Part shown: positions 56,313-61,305 of the stretch, piece after piece
Layout: every line of letters starts with the position of its first letter
How positions within the stretch are numbered: the first letter of the stretch is position 1
Origin: a virus
Taxonomy: Duplodnaviria; Caudoviricetes
Virus record (IMG/VR): IMGVR_UViG_3300046167_000724
Strand: one strand, 5' to 3'
DNA length: 64,000 bases
The notes under the pieces: model-generated
The model's database searches: none
What the model saw: only the letters and a program-made list of their open reading frames with translations
What the model was told of the DNA's origin: nothing
Translations under genes and position numbers: made by a program

Positions 56313-56396
56313 GGTTTTCGGTGTAAAGTTCTTAGGAACACCTTATCAAAATCCTATATGGTTCCACTACATATAGGGCTAATGTGGATAAAAACC
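56313..56396 (+). ncRNA. Unassigned multi-helix/pseudoknot RNA between tRNA-Ser and tRNA-Asp
   Basis: GGTTT/AAACC, GGTGT/ACACC, CCTATATG/CATATAGG, loop TCCAC vs downstream GTGGA. Confidence 0.5.
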
Positions 56397-56402
56397 GAGG
56401 TT

Positions 56403-56476
56403 GGTCTGGTAGTTCAGCTGGTTAGAATACAAGCCTGTCACGCTTGGGGTCGAGGGTTCGAGTCCCTTCCAGATCG
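56403..56476 (+). tRNA. trnD: tRNA-Asp(GTC)
   Basis: Cloverleaf with GTC. Confidence 0.95.
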
Positions 56477-56481
56477 CATAC

Positions 56482-56554
56482 GCCTCTTTAGCTCAGTTGG
56501 TAGAGCAGCTGATTTGTAATCAGCAGGTCGTCAGTTCAAGTCTGTCAAGAGGCT
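56482..56554 (+). tRNA. trnT: tRNA-Thr(TGT)
   Basis: Cloverleaf with TGT. Confidence 0.95.
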
Positions 56555-56570
56555 CAAAAATAAAAAAACA

Positions 56571-56714
56571 CTGGTAAGCTAAGCCAGAACCTATTATATG
56601 TAGGTTACATATATAGTCGCAGTCAGGTACTCGACAGAGTTCTTAGTCTCTTAAAAACTAGGTGGAGTCAATGACGAAAGTCGGAAGGTTTAGGTTATCC
56701 TTTTAAAATAATCT
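56571..56714 (+). ncRNA. Unassigned six-hairpin RNA between tRNA-Thr and tRNA-Ala
   Basis: CTGGT/GCCAG, AACCTA/TAGGTT, GTCG/CGAC, CTTAGT/ACTAGG, GAC-GAAA-GTC, AGGTTAT/ATAATCT. Confidence 0.5.
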
Positions 56715-56717
56715 GAT

Positions 56718-56791
56718 GGGGGATTAGCTCAGCTGGCTAGAGCGCCTGCCTTGCACGCAGGAGGTCATCGGTTCGACTCCGATATTCTCCA
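56718..56791 (+). tRNA. trnA: tRNA-Ala(TGC)
   Basis: Cloverleaf, G3:U70. Confidence 0.95.
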
Positions 56792-56799
56792 CTAACAGT

Positions 56800-56879
56800 A
56801 CTTACACCGCTTCCCATTTGAACAGCGCGCTTAGGAGTAAGTCTTTTACGGGAATAAATGGTTGCAAACGTTTATTCCC
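56800..56879 (+). ncRNA. Unassigned two-domain RNA between tRNA-Ala and tRNA-Gly
   Basis: ACTTAC/GTAAGT enclosing CGCT/AGCG; GGGAATAAA/TTTATTCCC. Confidence 0.45.
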
Positions 56880-56884
56880 ACTTT

Positions 56885-56956
56885 GCGAAAGTAGCTCAGC
56901 GGTAGAGCATCACCTTGCCAAGGTGAGGGTCGCGAGTTCAATCCTCGTCTTTCGCT
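56885..56956 (+). tRNA. trnG: tRNA-Gly(GCC)
   Basis: Cloverleaf with GCC. Confidence 0.95.
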
Positions 56957-56975
56957 CAATGACTGCCAGTCAAGT

Positions 56976-57015
56976 AAAGCCCATTTAATTAATTTTAGGT
57001 GGGCTTTCTCATTTT
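56976..57015 (+). terminator. Terminator after tRNA cluster
   Basis: AAAGCCCAT/GTGGGCTTT stem, T-rich tail. Confidence 0.65.
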
Positions 57016-57043
57016 GAAACATTTCTATTTTATTTCATATAAT
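57016..57043 (+). promoter_or_regulatory. Middle-type promoter GAAACA-N16-TATAAT
   Basis: Recurring motif. Confidence 0.75.
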
Positions 57044-57061
57044 ATTAAAATATATTTTATT

Positions 57062-57430
57062 ATGGATATTGTAAATACTATTCTTACAGTTATTATTTCA
57101 GCAGGTTTCACGATTACTATTCTTGAAATTAAAAATGCTTTTACTAAAGAAGTAAAAGACATGTCTGATGGTTTAGACTTTTTAGATTTAGAAGCTCGTA
57201 TTACAGCTCTAGAATCTGGTATAAAGGCGCATACTGAAAATATTAGAGTTCTTTCAGGTCAAATTACAAAATTACAAACTGAAACTATTGAACTAAAAAA
57301 TCAAGTAAATCCTATTTCTAGAGAAACCAAAAATATTGGAACTTCAATAAATAATTTAACGTCATTTGTTGATAAAACAAGGGGTATTGCTGAAGATAAT
57401 AAAAGAAGACTAGATAGTTTAAATAAGTAA
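57062..57430 (+). CDS. Membrane-anchored coiled-coil protein
   Basis: ATG 57062 downstream of promoter; N-terminal TM then heptads. Confidence 0.65.
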   Translation: MDIVNTILTVIISAGFTITILEIKNAFTKEVKDMSDGLDFLDLEARITALESGIKAHTENIRVLSGQITKLQTETIELKNQVNPISRETKNIGTSINNLTSFVDKTRGIAEDNKRRLDSLNK

Positions 57431-57699
57431 TGTCTAAAATTAATCAAATATTAACAGGCTGGGCAAACACTGTTAAAGACCGATTTAATATGTTACAACC
57501 TGAGGTTAAAGAAATCTCAGAGAAAAGACTTAATGTATGTAATGAATGTTCCATGAGAAATGGTTCTATTTGTGACACAAGGCGAGTAGCACCTAATGTT
57601 AAAACCGGTGCACTTACCAGAGGTTGTGGTTGTAATTTACTTGCAAAAACGATGTCACCGTCTTCTGAGTGTCCATTAAGTAAATGGGAGAATATATAA
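57430..57699 (+). CDS. Cys-rich hypothetical protein
   Basis: CNEC, GCGC, ECPL..W. Confidence 0.65.
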   Translation: MSKINQILTGWANTVKDRFNMLQPEVKEISEKRLNVCNECSMRNGSICDTRRVAPNVKTGALTRGCGCNLLAKTMSPSSECPLSKWENI

Positions 57700-57704
57700 T
57701 GACA

Positions 57705-57776
57705 GGCCCCTTCGTCTATCGGTTAGGACGTCAGGTTTTCATCCTGGAAAGAAGAGTTCGATTCTCTTAGGGGTCA
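57705..57776 (+). tRNA. trnE: tRNA-Glu(TTC)
   Basis: GGCCCCT/AGGGGTC acceptor, TTC anticodon. Confidence 0.93.
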
Positions 57777-57793
57777 CAATAAATTTAATAATT

Positions 57794-57925
57794 ATGAATG
57801 AAAATTGTGTAAGTTGTAGCGTTGAAACAAACGTTAACATTAATGAAAACATTGATAATAGACATTATTATGTCGAAGGTGCTGGCCAATTATGCAAGCC
57901 CTGTTATAATAAGATATATAAGTAA
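57794..57925 (+). CDS. 43-aa zinc-finger-like protein (not in ORF track)
   Basis: CVSC...YVEGAGQLCKPC. Confidence 0.7.
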   Translation: MNENCVSCSVETNVNINENIDNRHYYVEGAGQLCKPCYNKIYK

Positions 57926-58140
57926 TGAAGGTATATATTTATATTAATCCAAATTCAGCCGTTTATCTATCAGGTATACTATCAAACGAAACCTTAAATT
58001 TAGAACCAGGTGCTGTTAAAATAAAATACTCAACTAGAAGTGTTGACGAGTTATCATTAATGGTTTCTTTAACACTTGACCATTTTGTTTGGTTACAAGA
58101 CCAAGAGTGGTTAACTGAGTATGCAATGTTACTTAATTAA
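57925..58140 (+). CDS. Hypothetical protein
   Basis: Coupled start/stop. Confidence 0.6.
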   Translation: MKVYIYINPNSAVYLSGILSNETLNLEPGAVKIKYSTRSVDELSLMVSLTLDHFVWLQDQEWLTEYAMLLN

Positions 58141-58457
58141 TGAATCGTAAAATGAAACAACAAGAAGTATTTGTGACTTTAGTTAATAAACAACTAGAGC
58201 CGTTTAATAAAACATATACTGATATGGTCGGCGTAGATGACTGGTATATGAAATATGTGGTAACACCAGAACAAGAATCTGAGTTTATTGAATGGGGTGC
58301 TAAATATTTACAGAAAACATTAAAACTTACTAAAAAACAAGCACAAATGGAAATCAATTGGTTTGTGTTACAGTGGGGTCTTAAAAGTTCTAAAATAGTT
58401 AACAGTGCCTCTTCAATAGAGGAAATTATACAGGCTAATAAAAAGTCAAAAGCATAA
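58140..58457 (+). CDS. Hypothetical protein
   Basis: Coupled start/stop. Confidence 0.65.
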   Translation: MNRKMKQQEVFVTLVNKQLEPFNKTYTDMVGVDDWYMKYVVTPEQESEFIEWGAKYLQKTLKLTKKQAQMEINWFVLQWGLKSSKIVNSASSIEEIIQANKKSKA

Positions 58458-58463
58458 AAAATT

Positions 58464-58488
58464 AAGTCTGGTTTTACCGGACTTTTTT
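58464..58488 (+). terminator. Hairpin plus T-tract immediately upstream of endolysin
   Basis: AAGTCTGG-tttta-CCGGACTT-TTTT. Confidence 0.75.
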
Positions 58489-58497
58489 ATAATAAAT

Positions 58498-59379
58498 ATG
58501 ATATTAAAAATTAATTCAAGAGGCCGCGAGGTTAAAGAACTTCAAGAGTTTTTAGGTATTACGGTAGACGGTCATTTTGGTCCGGCAACTAAAGAAGCTG
58601 TATTTAAGTGGCAAACACAGAACGGTTTAAGGACTGACGGTATTGTTGGACCAAAAACATGGGACGCAATGGGTTTAGCATCTACGGACGAATCTGAGAA
58701 GTCTTATGTTACAGATAATGGTTTACCTATAACAAGACACTTCTTACCACATGGTGAATATAAAGTAGGTCCAGTCAAGCCTGAATATGTTTTTTTACAT
58801 CACACTGCTGGTTGGCACAATCCATATAAAACTATTGACAATTGGGGTAAAGATACTCGAGGTGCGATTGCCACTGAATTTGTTTTAGGTGGACAATCGG
58901 TTAAAGGTGATAATAATAATTATGACGGTGTATTAGTTCAAGCTTTTCCAGAGGGTGGCTATGGGTGGCACCTGGGTAAGAACGGTTCACAACACATGCA
59001 TGTACATTCAGTTGGTGTTGAGGTTAATAACTTTGGCCAAATTGTAAATGGTAAAACCTGGGCGGGTGTTTCAGTTGATCGTTCACAAATTGTTGTTCTT
59101 GAAAAACCGTTTAGGGGATATTCAACATGGCATCGTTATTCAGATGCACAAATATCAACATTGCATAAATGGATTTTATTCATAGCTGAAAGAGACGGTA
59201 TTGATGTTAGAGCGGGCTTACCAGCTTTGATCAAGGAAAAAGGTGCTGATGCGTTTGAATTTAATGAAGATGCATATTATGGTAAGATTAAAGGTTTATG
59301 GACTCATACAAATACACGCAAAGATAAATTTGACATGTTTCCACAACCAGAATTGATGGATATGTTAATGAGCTTATAA
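58498..59379 (+). CDS. Endolysin: peptidoglycan-binding domain plus Amidase_2-like N-acetylmuramoyl-L-alanine amidase
   Basis: VKELQ..LG...DG.FGP.T..AV..WQ...GL..DGIVGP.T; LHHTAG, SVGVE, WTH...K.D. Confidence 0.85.
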   Translation: MILKINSRGREVKELQEFLGITVDGHFGPATKEAVFKWQTQNGLRTDGIVGPKTWDAMGLASTDESEKSYVTDNGLPITRHFLPHGEYKVGPVKPEYVFLHHTAGWHNPYKTIDNWGKDTRGAIATEFVLGGQSVKGDNNNYDGVLVQAFPEGGYGWHLGKNGSQHMHVHSVGVEVNNFGQIVNGKTWAGVSVDRSQIVVLEKPFRGYSTWHRYSDAQISTLHKWILFIAERDGIDVRAGLPALIKEKGADAFEFNEDAYYGKIKGLWTHTNTRKDKFDMFPQPELMDMLMSL

Positions 59380-59383
59380 ATAA

Positions 59384-59412
59384 AGAGTCCGGTTTTTCCG
59401 GGCTTTTTTTTT
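59384..59412 (+). terminator. Intrinsic terminator
   Basis: GAGTCCGG-ttttt-CCGGGCTT-T tract. Confidence 0.85.
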
Positions 59413-59439
59413 GAAAATAATTGCCTAAAAGTTTTTTTA

Positions 59440-59462
59440 TGTCGTTTATTTTGCCTATATTA
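59440..59462 (+). promoter_or_regulatory. Early/host-type promoter motif TGTC-N12-TATATTA
   Basis: Recurring motif. Confidence 0.5.
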
Positions 59463-59504
59463 CATATGTAATCAGTCGTTGGTATACGACCTAACTTAAA
59501 AAAA

Positions 59505-59720
59505 ATGATAAGAGAAAAACAAACACAGCGTCAAACAGTTATCGATTTGACAGGACCCCAAGGAAATGCATGGTTTCTTTTAGGAACCGCTAAAAACTTC
59601 GCGAAGCCACTAGGATTAGATGGAGATGCTATTTGTGAAGAAATGCGTGAGTCTGACTATGAAAATTTAATAGAAGTATTTGATAAGTACTTTGGCGATT
59701 TTGTAATTTTAGAACGATAG
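59505..59720 (+). CDS. Small hypothetical phage protein (IDLTGPQGNA motif)
   Basis: ORF after early-type motif. Confidence 0.7.
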   Translation: MIREKQTQRQTVIDLTGPQGNAWFLLGTAKNFAKPLGLDGDAICEEMRESDYENLIEVFDKYFGDFVILER

Positions 59721-59723
59721 GAT

Positions 59724-59957
59724 ATGGAACAGTCAATTTTAAGTAAGTTTGTTAAATTCGCATTTAACTATCCGCCTCTATTCTGTTTAAAGATTTGGAG
59801 CGATAATCCACATATAGCAAATCATTTAAATGGTAAATTTAATGATTACTATGATGCTCATGGTTCAGTAGGTGCAATGACAGCGTTATACAATTCATTA
59901 GATGCTACAAACGCAAAAATCTTTGAAAATTACTTAATCAATAAATACAACGGGTAA
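59724..59957 (+). CDS. Hypothetical protein
   Basis: ORF, tight spacing. Confidence 0.65.
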   Translation: MEQSILSKFVKFAFNYPPLFCLKIWSDNPHIANHLNGKFNDYYDAHGSVGAMTALYNSLDATNAKIFENYLINKYNG

Positions 59958-59959
59958 TT

Positions 59960-60526
59960 ATGAGTCAATTTACATGGTGGCGTAGGTTTTATCCTACACA
60001 AAAATTAGATAAGGGCCAATTTTTTAAAGGTGGTTCTAAACTTTTACAGCGCATTGAATTTGGCGAATTTGAGTTTGAACCGCTTTCGTCTGAAACCCTT
60101 CTTGAAGAAGAGCTTTACAGATTAAAATGTGAAGAGATTGATAAATTACAATCTTATCACAAAGACACACTTGAAGATATGAAAGTTGTTGAGCGCAAGA
60201 AAAAGAATAAAAGAGTTAATGTTATGCTTAAGCATCACTTAGAATGGGAGCACAACAGAATGCTAGACCTTAGAAATAGTCTTGTAAAAGAATTTTTATT
60301 AGAAAAAGAGTTTGTTAATGACGTTATTGAAACGTTTGATGGAACCACCCGTGAATTATATTTTTATCTTAAAGCTGTTAAAGAAGACCGCCCGATAAAA
60401 ACAAGTGCTGAGGTTTTAATGATACCTCGATTACAACACGAACAGCCAAGGCACATCTTAAAACACAAGCAACGTGTACACCAACAGACTTGGCAAAAAA
60501 TAGTGCAAAATAAAGTTGTATATTAG
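59960..60526 (+). CDS. Hypothetical protein
   Basis: ORF, tight spacing. Confidence 0.65.
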   Translation: MSQFTWWRRFYPTQKLDKGQFFKGGSKLLQRIEFGEFEFEPLSSETLLEEELYRLKCEEIDKLQSYHKDTLEDMKVVERKKKNKRVNVMLKHHLEWEHNRMLDLRNSLVKEFLLEKEFVNDVIETFDGTTRELYFYLKAVKEDRPIKTSAEVLMIPRLQHEQPRHILKHKQRVHQQTWQKIVQNKVVY

Positions 60527-60546
60527 CGACGCATTTATTACATATT

Positions 60547-60554
60547 GATATATA
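60547..60554 (+). promoter_or_regulatory. Late-type promoter motif GATATATA
   Basis: Recurring octamer. Confidence 0.55.
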
Positions 60555-60560
60555 ATCAAT

Positions 60561-61262
60561 ATGACAAAGAACGATATGTTTTCATGGTTAACTGAAGGTC
60601 CAGTTGATTATGAACTTAAGCAATATAAAATGTTGGCTATCTTATCTCGATTAAGAATTGATTTAAATAATAAGCGTGTTTGGCCAGTTATTAAAGAGGT
60701 CGAAGCGCAGCTTGACTATTTGTATCGTTTAAAATACGAGATTGAAGTTAAAGACGAACAATTAAAAGTTGCTAAAGATATCGATTTTATAAACTTTGAA
60801 ATAATATACGAAAAAGAAAGCTCTGAAAAAACTTTAGAAAATAGTATAATGGATACTATTGTTGACGATGCTATTGTTGAATTTGGCGACGTTTACATGG
60901 ATGCTAGAACAGTATGGCGTGAAATTGAAAGTCTTGTTTCTATAACTTGGATTCCAAAAAAACCAAGCCTATTAAATGATGGTTATATAATTATACCAGA
61001 CGGTGATAAATTTAATGCATATTATTTCGAGAAGCCGACAAAAATGTCAAACTCATGGCGAACTATTGATTTAAAATTCGAAAAATCTTTTAAAAATACA
61101 GAAGATGCAGTCATTAAATTTTGCGATATAATGCAAGACCCTAATGATTCAATGATGTTTTGTCGTGTATCTAATAGATTTGGAAATTTATCACATAAGG
61201 ATACTGTATTACCAATTGTTAAATCTGTATTATTCAGTTCTTTAGTTAAAGACTTTGTATAA
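60561..61262 (+). CDS. Hypothetical protein
   Basis: ORF under late motif. Confidence 0.7.
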   Translation: MTKNDMFSWLTEGPVDYELKQYKMLAILSRLRIDLNNKRVWPVIKEVEAQLDYLYRLKYEIEVKDEQLKVAKDIDFINFEIIYEKESSEKTLENSIMDTIVDDAIVEFGDVYMDARTVWREIESLVSITWIPKKPSLLNDGYIIIPDGDKFNAYYFEKPTKMSNSWRTIDLKFEKSFKNTEDAVIKFCDIMQDPNDSMMFCRVSNRFGNLSHKDTVLPIVKSVLFSSLVKDFV

Positions 61263-61268
61263 AATACA

Positions 61269-61276
61269 GATATATA
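61269..61276 (+). promoter_or_regulatory. Late-type promoter motif GATATATA
   Basis: Recurring octamer. Confidence 0.6.
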
Positions 61277-61305
61277 AAACAAATATAAAATAATATACTA
61301 AAATT

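Noticed and set aside
55838-56341. Minus ORFs 55838-56032 and 56129-56341
   Set aside because: They overlap clear tRNA genes on the + strand.
56306-56402. Theta (HDV-like) ribozyme call
   Set aside because: GCTAA junction present but only 9 nt between P1 strands, no room for P2-P3-L3; kept as unassigned RNA.
56611-56690. Resemblance to RNase P (AGTCGC...GAAAGTC) or SRP (GTCAGG) RNA
   Set aside because: Only short fragments; the required distal conserved regions and length are absent.
57913-57920. Additional GATATATA
   Set aside because: Lies within coding sequence (KIY) of a small ORF; cannot distinguish from chance in AT-rich DNA.
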